From Macrostomum lignano (taxonomy: Eukaryota), in NCBI GenBank assembly GCA_002269645.1, contig NIVC01004128.1, positions 1-58,770 of the forward strand: DNA of 58,770 bases. The letters run 5' to 3'. The stretch's first letter is position 1. Each line of letters starts with the position of its first letter. The notes beneath the pieces are model-generated. The model saw only the letters and a list, made by a program, of their open reading frames with translations. It was not told the origin of the DNA and did no database searches. The position numbers and the translations under genes were made by a program. This document shows, piece after piece, positions 1-8,275 of the stretch.

Positions 1-710
1 GCGTCGGTTGCATTAGCTCGCTCATTTTACTTGGCTAGAGTTATCGAGTCTGCGTTCTGTTCCAAATAATAAATTTGTTAATTTAAAATTATTCATATTA
101 ATATTTCCACTACGAGTGGCAACTTGATTATCGACATAGTTCTTTATCAACCACTGAATCACTAGTTGAATTGAAACATTTATAATTCGGTTGTTGCTCA
201 TATCTAGGTTTCGGTTGCGGTGGTTGAACATAACGTGAATCAGAATCAGTTCGAGAATAAGAATCAGTTACATCTCTTTTAAATTTAATCCATTATCAAC
301 TTCGGTTTTGGTATAGAATCGGTACGTTCCGTTTCAAATTTATGAATTATCAACTTCGGTTTTGGTATAAGAATCGGCCGTATTGCGTTTAAATTTAATG
401 AATATCAACTTCGGTTTTGGTATAAGAATCGGCTGTATTGCGTTTTAAATTTAATGAATTATCAACTTCGGTTTTGTATAGGAATCGGCCTACGTTCCGT
501 TTCAGATTTAGTAATCATCTATTTGAGTTTTAGTATAGGAATCTGCAACATTTCTTTTTAAATTTAATTTAGTATCAATTCACTTTTTTTATAACCTTCA
601 TCTTCATTAATATATCGATTATCTCCAAATGTAACACTTATTCCACCAGATGTGCCACCACCACCACTACTTGTTGTTCCGTTCCATGAGGGTGTTCCAG
701 AAAATAACAT
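1..710 (-). CDS. Fibre-like virion protein, frameshifted and running off the window
   Basis: Manual translation from ATG 710: MLFSGTPSWNGTTSSGGGGTSGG..., then about 6 copies of a ~20-aa repeat (LNLKRNxADSYTKTEVDN), then (G)NLDMSNNRIINV...KNYVD, motifs typical of viral/phage fibre proteins. Several single-base deletions must be bridged. Confidence 0.6.
295..590. repeat. ~60-bp tandem repeat coding the fibre YTKTEVD repeats
   Basis: Repeated TCAACTTCGGTTTTGGTATAAGAATCGG core at about 60-bp spacing. Confidence 0.8.
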
Positions 711-764
711 TTTTTACTGTCTATTTTATAGAGTCTAAAATCGCCCGTATCTCCGTATCGAACC

Positions 765-1198
765 TTAGGTTCGCATGCTTTGCATGATACCCCTAAAGTC
801 TTCGGGTCTTTCCTTCGAGTTATTAATTTTATATAAAAAATAACGCAGCTGCCCGCAATAACTTTTATCAAAGTTTGAAATGTTCGTGATGATCTCCACA
901 TAAACGATTTTTAGTATGATTAAATTTATCTTTTATTTCCTGTAACGGAGGAAGCGCGTATGAATCAAAAAAATAAACAAGTTTTGGTTTTGAATAAACT
1001 GCTGACCAATGAACACCATTTTCTTTTGTTGTTTCAATATTAACAATGAAACATCCATATTGTGTAAGTCTTTTATCTCATCCGCATAACACATCTGAAT
1101 GGTTTTATTTTTAACTGCCTCGCCCAATTTGTTAATTCGATATTGCTTGTTGTGTCCGTTCCATATCTTTGTTTAAAATCATCCCACGTCATGGTCAT
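765..1198 (-). CDS. Adenain-type cysteine protease (Polinton PRO), frameshifted; missed by ORF track
   Basis: Bridging about four -1 shifts from ATG 1198 gives MTMTWDDFKQRYGTDTTSNIELTNWARQLKIKPFRCVMRDEIK...GCFIVNIETTKENGVHWSAVY...YFFDSYALPP...FQxFDKSYCGQ...MRT*, with catalytic His (GVHW), Asp (FDSY) and Gln/Cys (Q...CG). Confidence 0.85.
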
Positions 1199-1199
1199 T

Positions 1200-1406
1200 T
1201 TATGTTCCTGAAAAACTCTTGGTTTTAGTTAGTTTCGTAGGTGTGGGTTTTAACAATTCCTTTCTTATTTTATCAGCTTGTAACTGCCTTAATTTTGCTA
1301 GTTCTAGTTCGTAATTATCTTCAGCTTTTTTAACTTTTTCTGATTGTTTTTTTATTAAATTATTATTATCGTGCTTTGCACGCGAACATGTTGTTCGATT
1401 ACCCAT
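1200..1406 (-). CDS. Small basic/coiled-coil Polinton protein, 68 aa, N-terminal MG
   Basis: ORF fills the gap between penton and protease and has the same TAAAAATG start context as its neighbours. Confidence 0.55.
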   Translation of the reverse strand: MGNRTTCSRAKHDNNNLIKKQSEKVKKAEDNYELELAKLRQLQADKIRKELLKPTPTKLTKTKSFSGT

Positions 1407-1416
1407 TTTTACAGTA

Positions 1417-2201
1417 CTAAACCTGTTTTATACGTAAAATTATTGTTATTGATGCCCACCAAAACTTATTAATCTATCGCTTTCATCTACAATCCTAATA
1501 TAAATTGATTGAACATTATATTGATTTAATGGGTAATATATTGGGGTTTGAGGTGATACAATCATTTTCTCTCCAATTGGAACAGCAAGAAATGGGATTG
1601 AATAAATAATTCCACGTTGAACCAAAACTCCGTTATCGTCTGTTATATAACCACCGTTTGAAATGTCGGTTGTTATATTAATTGTATTTACTCCACCCTC
1701 TATATTTCCAACTGTATCACCGGTGCTTGATGTGGTAACTATTCGGGAATTAAATCCAAGTATGGTTCTGAGTGAATTTGCAATTGTGAAATCAACCTGA
1801 TATCCGGATCCTAGTGATAGTGTGAATCTGCCAGACGGTAAATCAACACCTATAACAATTGCTCCTGTTACCCAATCACCATTAGTTGTTAATTCTCCTT
1901 CTATATAAGCATTCAAATCAGTATAGCTATACGCTCCTGGGTTAATGCTAAATGTTGTCCAATTGGCTCCGGAATCTTTAGAATATCTAAATTGATTATT
2001 TGTTGCATTAATTAATTGAGGCATGTTGAAAACCGAAAATAGTATTAAACCTATTTGATAACTTAGGCTTTGATCAAGTTGTAATGGATCGCGCAATTGA
2101 ATCCGTTGCTCGCTGGTTGTCATTATAAACTGTAATGTTGTACTAAATTTTGAATTAGTTCGATCTACCAATTGTTTTATAGTATTTAAATTTGTAGCCA
2201 T
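1417..2201 (-). CDS. Minor capsid protein (penton, single jelly-roll)
   Basis: Beta-rich 251-aa ORF with NSLRTILGF and P..IYYPL...I.IRIVDE..RLI motifs seen in Polinton pentons. One -1 shift near 1450 restores the C-terminus GGHPITIILRIKQV* (stop 1417-1419). Confidence 0.8.
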
Positions 2202-2215
2202 TTTTATAGTGGGAA

Positions 2216-2977
2216 TTATTCTTCTTCCTCGTCGTCTTCTTTTATAAGATCTTTTAAGATTCGATTTTTCCTTTCTAACCTCGGATTGATATAAATATGT
2301 TTGTATTGGCTATCATCCCAAATTTTTTTACACATACTTTTAAATGGTTTTGCATCCAATCCGGGATTAAATCTCGCGTGAATATTTTGTAAATCATAAT
2401 TATCTAAATCAAACATTACACAACAACTTGCATTCTTTTTTATAATCGATTCTAATTCTCTAAAGGACTGTGTTAGATAAAAAGCTCCAATTCCATCTCC
2501 TCTACCACTAACAAAAATTTCCTTTTGCAATTCTTGATCACCGTCATTAATACAATCATCAAAAATAATTAGTGTTTTATCATGTTTTGGAATTTGATCA
2601 TAGGCTAATCGGGTTGATACTCTAACAGTTGGGGCGCGATCGGTGATGTTTTCTGGCTGTTGTGCCATTGTTTTACATAAATCCTCAATGTCTGCTAGAT
2701 TAAATCGCGGTTCGTCATCATCCTCATATTGCTCATATGCTCTTAACATTCTAAACAAGACATCTTTTTTTAATTTGTTTTTTAATCCATGTTTAAGAAA
2801 TTCATAATATTTTATTCTAGGTTTATTAGTATAAATTATTAAATTATTATAGTCTAACATTCCATCTGTTGTTAATAAATCGTAAACAAAGTGTGTTTTT
2901 CCTTTACCTGATCCTCCGATTACTAAACAAAGAAAAGGATCATTTGGAAATATCTTATCGTGTTTTGCTTTTACCAT
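2216..2977 (-). CDS. A32/FtsK-HerA-like genome packaging ATPase
   Basis: Walker A GGSGKGKT, Walker B LIIFDD, then GRG...FYLTQSF. Confidence 0.92.
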   Translation of the reverse strand: MVKAKHDKIFPNDPFLCLVIGGSGKGKTHFVYDLLTTDGMLDYNNLIIYTNKPRIKYYEFLKHGLKNKLKKDVLFRMLRAYEQYEDDDEPRFNLADIEDLCKTMAQQPENITDRAPTVRVSTRLAYDQIPKHDKTLIIFDDCINDGDQELQKEIFVSGRGDGIGAFYLTQSFRELESIIKKNASCCVMFDLDNYDLQNIHARFNPGLDAKPFKSMCKKIWDDSQYKHIYINPRLERKNRILKDLIKEDDEEEE

Positions 2978-3026
2978 TTTTAAAGAAATAATTTAAATAG
3001 GCGCGACGGTCGGAGACCTGCGCCGC

Positions 3027-4497
3027 TTACAGCGGGGCGTCCCGAACAATCGTGCCATCAGCTTTAGCAATTGACATATATTCCTCTAGAAACAATACGT
3101 GGGCGTCAAGTGCCTGATTACCGGTTTTATTAATCTCTAACATATAATTAAGTCCAATATTGGCTACGTTTTCTTTCTGTGCCGTTAGATCATAAACAAC
3201 CACTGGATGAATGTTTAGAAACTCTGTGGGTGTGTACTGAGGGACGGCATACGCTTCATTTTTAGCATAATCTTGATAATATTTTATAAAATCATTAACA
3301 TTATTATTTGCTATATTTAAATTTAGGGGTCTTTAACCGGATAATATTGATCATCAACCTGCAGGCGGATATTCTGAACATTAAACTCGTTAATAGCTGC
3401 AGCCGCATTGTCTGTTGCGGTGGCTGCTTGTTCTGCTATGGCACCGGATTGAAGCCAATATAAATCCCCATTTGCTCTTTTACTCCTTCTATTTGTTATC
3501 TTAAACCAAACAAAAATATATCTCACCCGACGTTTTGATGTCAGTATTTGCCACTGGAATGAATCCTGGTTATTATTAATGGTTCGCATAAAATGTCGAC
3601 GATTCAAATAAAATATTTCCTGATCATGCGTTAACTGATTATCGATGTGTTTTAAAAGTGGGGCTGTTACCTCAATAGTTGGTACGACTAATTGAATTGA
3701 ATCTATACGAACTGCTATATCGGTTGAAATTGAGGTTCCATAAAGTATCCTAGGCTGATATCCACCAGATATTTGCAACTGTATCCCAAATTTTAATCCT
3801 TTCCATACCCGATTTGGTGAGAAAAACCCAAATAGTGGAAAGATTGAAAAGTCCTGCTCATATGCTGTTGCTGTGGTTAAAACCGCGACTGGGAATTTAT
3901 TCTGACGATCTATAAAACCAGTATTAATATCTTTTGTATTAGTCATAGTGGTTACAACTGGAACTATGTTTGTATTAAGGTAAACAATTAGCGCTGCAGT
4001 ATCTGCACCGGCTGCGTTTTGTACATTAGGGAAAACTACTGCTTGCCGTTACCTTTATCCGGCATCCACCCAACATTATCACCAACTTGTTTTGATAAAT
4101 AAGTATAATTTAAATGTTTCAAAACTCCATTAATCTCTGCGGGGTTTGATGATGTCTCAACCTCAGCACCATTAACAGTTAGTTGAGCTTGGGAAAAACA
4201 TTTATAAAACCAATCATTTTCTATTATTATTCCGGATCGATCTGCGATATCTCCGGCTGCAAGAGCAGTTCCATCATTTCTAGTATACAACCATCTAACG
4301 CGGAAAAACGCATTTTTCATATCCAATATAGTGTTGGTTGCGCCGATGTCAAAAGTTACCGTTCCAGTAGTAAAGTTATTTGAATTATCACTTGTTGGTA
4401 GGGTATAATTTAAATCTCTTGCTCTGACCTCATTAATATACTGTCGGTGCTTTTTGAAATGAAATTTATCACTCCACATAGTTTTTGTTTCAGCCAT
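3027..4497 (-). CDS. Major capsid protein (double jelly-roll), about 490 aa, split by two -1 frameshifts (~4040, ~3325)
   Basis: ORFs 4036-4497 and 3323-3946 join, and a third segment (...HPVVVYDLTAQKENV...RDAPL*, stop 3027-3029) completes it. NTGFIDRQ and FPLFGFF..RVWKGLKFGIQL motifs, size and position next to the ATPase fit a Polinton MCP. Confidence 0.8.
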
Positions 4498-4531
4498 TTT
4501 TTTAAGTTAAAAAAGTTTTTTATGTTAAAAA

Positions 4532-5197
4532 ATGAGTCAATTTATGGACGTTGATGGAGAGTTAGCGATTTATAAAGAGAAGCAAAGATATTCTGATTTT
4601 GTTAGAAATTTACAAAAAAGAAAGTTAGGAATACAATTAGCGGGTGAAAGATTTGCTGCTCCTTTTGTTAATCCTATTACTGGGAAAATTAGTGAACTAG
4701 AAAAAACAGATAAAGATCTTCTGGAAAAAATTGCTAAAAATACGGAGCCAAAAGAGGATGAAATTTTGGATGAGCCGCCTGCTTATGATGTTGATCAAGC
4801 ACAATTGAGAATTGCAGAGATTAGACGTGCAGAGCGGGGCGATCGGGAACAATATCCAAGAGTACCAGCTAGTATTGCTGCGACAGATTTAGGTAATAAT
4901 AATTATCGAATTGGTGGAGTTGATAAAAATCGAAATGAACTATATAGAGAATTGGGTGGAGCATATAATATTGTTATGAACCCTAGGGTAAAGTTTAACC
5001 CTGATTTATATACTAGGGATGAATTAATAAGTGCTAGAATTTTTTATGATGAGTTAGGAGGAGCTGTTAAAAATACCAGCTTGTATAAAAGGATTGTTAA
5101 TTCTATAAATAACAAACCAGCTGTTGGTGATGGATTTAAAACACCACGAAAACTTGTTTTAGCTGCTGCGAAAGCTGCTGGACATACTGGTGTTTAA
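4532..5197 (+). CDS. Polinton hypothetical protein, 221 aa
   Basis: Intact ORF with TAAAAAATG start, divergent from the MCP gene; N-terminal charged helical region ending in PFVNPIT. Confidence 0.7.
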   Translation: MSQFMDVDGELAIYKEKQRYSDFVRNLQKRKLGIQLAGERFAAPFVNPITGKISELEKTDKDLLEKIAKNTEPKEDEILDEPPAYDVDQAQLRIAEIRRAERGDREQYPRVPASIAATDLGNNNYRIGGVDKNRNELYRELGGAYNIVMNPRVKFNPDLYTRDELISARIFYDELGGAVKNTSLYKRIVNSINNKPAVGDGFKTPRKLVLAAAKAAGHTGV

Positions 5198-5224
5198 TTA
5201 ATTGTTAAATTTATTTTTTATAAA

Positions 5225-5825
5225 ATGAAAACTAATAAGATTTGTACTAAGTGTAAACAAGAAAAACCGATGACGAAAGAATTTTATTTTTGGAGAAATG
5301 ATTCAAAAAAATTTAGAAATGATTGTCGATCTTGTCATAATACCTCATCTGCTATTTGGATAAAAAACAATAAAGATAAATGGAATGAATATAGAAAAAA
5401 TAAGTATCACACTGATGATAATTACAAACATATTGTTTTAATTAGAAATAGAATAAATTGGGCGTTGAAAAATTTTAATGACAAGGACTATATCTCATAT
5501 CTTGGTTGCACAAAAGAATTCTTTTTTGATTGGTTAAATTTCACAAGAAATTATTATGTATCAAAAGATTATACTGGAAAGTTAGATATTGATCATTTCA
5601 TCCCCGCTTCTTCATTTAGTTACAAAGACGATGATCAGATTAAAAAGTCTGAAAATTGGAGAAATAAAAGATACTTAACTAGCGTAGATAATCGCTATAA
5701 AAAAGTTAAACAACCAACTATCGAAGAGTTTGCAAAACAATTGGTGCTATCATGTATTTTTATGGCTATTAAAAATGAGCAACCGAACGAAGTTCGCGAA
5801 CCGCAGTTCGATCAATTAGTATTTG
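5225..5825 (+). CDS. Zinc-finger/HNH-type endonuclease of the kind found in large DNA viruses; end coordinate approximate
   Basis: CTKC...CRSC zinc knuckle, YLGC, and DIDHFIP...NWRN...DNRYK beta-beta-alpha-metal motif. As assembled the frame continues into PLA2 exon 1 to the TAA at 5933-5935; see findings. Confidence 0.8.
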
Positions 5826-7384
5826 AAGGAGGATTTTTAGATGTTCAAAAAGGATTAACAAGCTTACCACCAATATTTACTACTGGGAGGTATACGGGTG
5901 AGCTACACCTACCATCAATGAACTTCACAGGTTAACCCGTGGCCTGAGTGAGGAAGGCAATGTCCTTGCTAGTCACTATTTGTGGCGACATCTCCAAATT
6001 GCGTGAAACCCGTCATACAGCTTCAAGTACCACTTCAATTGAGAAATCTTTTGAAGGAACAGAGGTAACTCCTCTTCCCAAAGGTAAAAAGCTTGAAGAC
6101 ATGGTGGCAATGCGCAGCCAAGCTCCTAAGTATTTTAAATATAAGGAGAAGGTTCAGAGAGCAGACGGAGATGGGCGGTAATTATCGCCGCTTAAGGTGT
6201 GCTCCAGCCTCATTCGAAAGATTGAGGGTAAACAGCCGGGGACTAGACTGGATTTAAGATTAAATCCTGACAATACTCCAAAATCTGATTCAATTCCAAT
6301 AAATGGGATTGATTGGTTAGCATACTATCACGACTTAGCATATAGAGATGCTGACAAGAACCCGCCCGAGGAAGCATTAAGATTAAAACATGAAGCCGAT
6401 CAAAAAATGATTCAAGGATTAGATAACTTGCAGGGATTATCGGTAGGTCAAAAATTAACTAGGTGGATGGTTAAAAAGATTCTACAATCTAAAGTTAAAT
6501 TTGGTTTGGGAATTAATTATAATCAACATGGAAATAATTGTGTTGAGTGTTTACTATTAAGTGGCAGTGGGTTAAGTTATTATGATGCTAAGTTTCTTCA
6601 TAAAGAATATCGAAAACCTAAATTTTATAGAAAAATCATGAACTTCAAAAAGAACGAAATTTGGTATGCTGATTTAATGTCTATGCCGAAAGATCTGGGA
6701 TATAAATATATCTTAACCATATTAGATGGTTTTACTCGATACGCGTGGGCTGTTCCTTTAAAATCCAAAAAGGGAGAGGAGGTTGCTGCTGCTTTTAGAA
6801 GTCTTGGAGAAAAAAGCGAACGTTTGTGTGTTGACGAAGGAAAAGAATTTTACAATCCACACATGTATAAATTGTATCATTTTGAAAAAGGACAAGAAAG
6901 GAAAAAGGACGCGAATGGGGGGTATATTAATAAAATTTATTCTATTTATGGAGAGAGTAAAAACGCATTAATAGAAAGATTTAATCGAACTTTAGGTAAG
7001 AAATTATGGTTTCAGTTTAGTCTTAATGGTAACCAAAAGTGGGTAAAAATATTACCAGACGTAGTGAAAGATTATAACAATTCATATCATTCAGCTATAA
7101 AGATGGCTCCTCAACAAGCTTATAACAATCCTGAAAAAGTTAAAGTTACTTTTGGAAAATTTGAAAAAAAGAAAACTAAAGATTTTAAAGTTGGTGATTC
7201 TGTTTATATCTATAAATGGAAAGATAAGTTTGAAAAGGGAAGAAAAGGATATTGGAAAATAAGTGAGAAATTTACCATCAGTAAAGTTTTAAATACCAAT
7301 CCTACAACCTATATAATTGCTGATAAGGACGGTGAAGAAATATTGGGTTCTTTTTATGAGAACCAGATAATGTCTGCGAACTAA
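5775..7384 (+). CDS. PLA2-integrase fusion gene, exons ~5775-5932 and 6236-7384, interrupted by a group I intron
   Basis: Joining 5932 to 6236 gives GELHLPSMNFTG|PGTRLDLRL...PINGIDWLAYYHDLAY (parvovirus VP1u-type PLA2: GPG loop, HD dyad). This runs through KVKFGLG into a DDE integrase (WYADL, VDEGKEF, LIERFNRT) with C-terminal KVGD...GSFY. The start is either ATG 5775 (needs +1 base) or the HNH ATG 5225. Confidence 0.88.
5933..6235 (+). ncRNA. Group I self-splicing intron, IC1-like, 303 nt, no internal ORF
   Basis: P1 CAGGU(5928-32)/GCCUG(5942-46) with U.G at the 5' splice site; P2; P2.1 (GCUAGUCAC...GUGGCGAC); P3 CAUCUCC(5989-95)/GGAGAUG(6167-73); P4 UGCGUG(6000-05)/UGCGCA(6111-16); P5abc with GAAA loop (6043-46); P6 GCC/GGU, P6a CUCCU/AGGAG; P7 G-A-GAGCA(6157-63)/UGCUCC(6200-05); P8 GGCGG/CCGCU; J8/7 UAAGGUG; P9 with GAAA loop (6216-19); terminal G 6235. 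Removal restores the frame and the conserved GPGT motif. Confidence 0.93.
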
Positions 7385-7394
7385 GTTCAAACAG

Positions 7395-7619
7395 TTACTT
7401 AAGACAACATGGTAGTAAATTTTTTATTACAAACAAAAACAATATTATTACTATTATTGTTACTAATATTATTATTGACATTTGTTCAACTGTTATCAAA
7501 CTTAAATTTTCATTAAGTTCATTAATTGGAACATTTCCGATGTAGGAATAGTTTACCTTCATTTTTTTATATATATTTTTCACAATAAAAGTCGTTTCTG
7601 TTATAGAATAATAATTCAT
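7395..7619 (-). CDS. Small single-pass membrane protein, 74 aa
   Basis: TAAAAAATG start; hydrophobic stretch SIIILVTIIVIILFLFVI followed by KNLLPCCLK. Confidence 0.55.
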   Translation of the reverse strand: MNYYSITETTFIVKNIYKKMKVNYSYIGNVPINELNENLSLITVEQMSIIILVTIIVIILFLFVIKNLLPCCLK

Positions 7620-7635
7620 TTTTTAAATATTTTTT

Positions 7636-7950
7636 TCACATAAAAATTTCACTTTCATTCTCTGAATCGCTGGTTTCATATGAACTATTTGTTGATTCGG
7701 AATCTGTTGATCTAACCTCCCAATCATCCGAATTTAAATAATCTCCAAGTTGAAATATTAACTCACCCTCTTGTTCTAAATCATACATCTCATCTAGCTC
7801 TAATGGATAAAGTTTTAGGTCGTGCTTGTCGTCATATTTTAAATAAACTTCATCAATTATTCCATTCAAAATATGTTGTTTTATTATCTCTGCATTTTTA
7901 GCAACAGTCTCAAAAGTATCACTAACAGAAAAGGTGTAAACTCGGGTCAT
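7636..7950 (-). CDS. Acidic hypothetical Polinton protein, 104 aa
   Basis: TAAAAATG start; D/E/S-rich C-terminus. Confidence 0.6.
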   Translation of the reverse strand: MTRVYTFSVSDTFETVAKNAEIIKQHILNGIIDEVYLKYDDKHDLKLYPLELDEMYDLEQEGELIFQLGDYLNSDDWEVRSTDSESTNSSYETSDSENESEIFM

Positions 7951-8004
7951 TTTTAGTAACAGAAAAAGACCCTTCGCGCCTGCGGCGCGGGCAAGGGGTT
8001 ATAG

Positions 8005-8275
8005 AGTAGTAGTATAGAAAAAGACGCTTCTAGATCAGACCTTATTTTAATGGCCGTTTGTAAGGTCTTAAGAGGGGGGACGCGAGGGGGGTGTTGGGGA
8101 GTGTTTGGAAGTGTTGGGAAGTGATTTTTATTGTTAGGGGTGATTATGGGTGATTAGATGTATTAATGGTGTTTAGATGTGTTTTTTTATTTACCCCCCG
8201 TGTCCCCCCTCTAGACCCTTAAAACGGTCATTAAAAAAGTGCTCTGGGTCTAGAAGCGTCTTTTTATATACTACT
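8005..8275. repeat. Polinton terminal region with an internal inverted copy of the terminus
   Basis: 8008-8092 (AGTAGTATAGAAAAAGACGCTTCTAGA...) is an imperfect reverse complement of 8192-8275 (...TCTAGAAGCGTCTTTTTATATACTACT). Confidence 0.85.

Larger units (their letters stand above)
1..8275. mobile_element. Polinton/Maverick (adintovirus-like) endogenous element, right part; left end and pPolB not in window
   Basis: AT-rich, gene-dense block with protease, penton, A32-like ATPase, major capsid protein and retroviral-type integrase. It ends in TATATACTACT (8265-8275), the reverse complement of the AGTAGT Polinton terminus, and an unrelated transposase frame resumes right after it. Confidence 0.95.

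Noticed and set aside
295-590. CRISPR-like repeat array
   Set aside because: Spacers are similar to one another, the period is a codon multiple encoding a protein repeat, the context is eukaryotic and there are no cas genes.
5931-6235. Spliceosomal GT-AG intron (CAG|GTTAAC...AACAG) at nearly the same site
   Set aside because: Removing 305 nt shifts the frame and destroys GPGT; there is no polypyrimidine tract; the group I fold explains the whole segment.
5948-6235. 77-aa ORF 5948-6181 and the GTG start at 6197
   Set aside because: Both lie within the structured intron; incidental frames.
8177-8275. N-terminus of the 507-aa transposase ORF
   Set aside because: It is Polinton terminal repeat DNA with a TTA/ATG-independent chance open frame, not transposase sequence.
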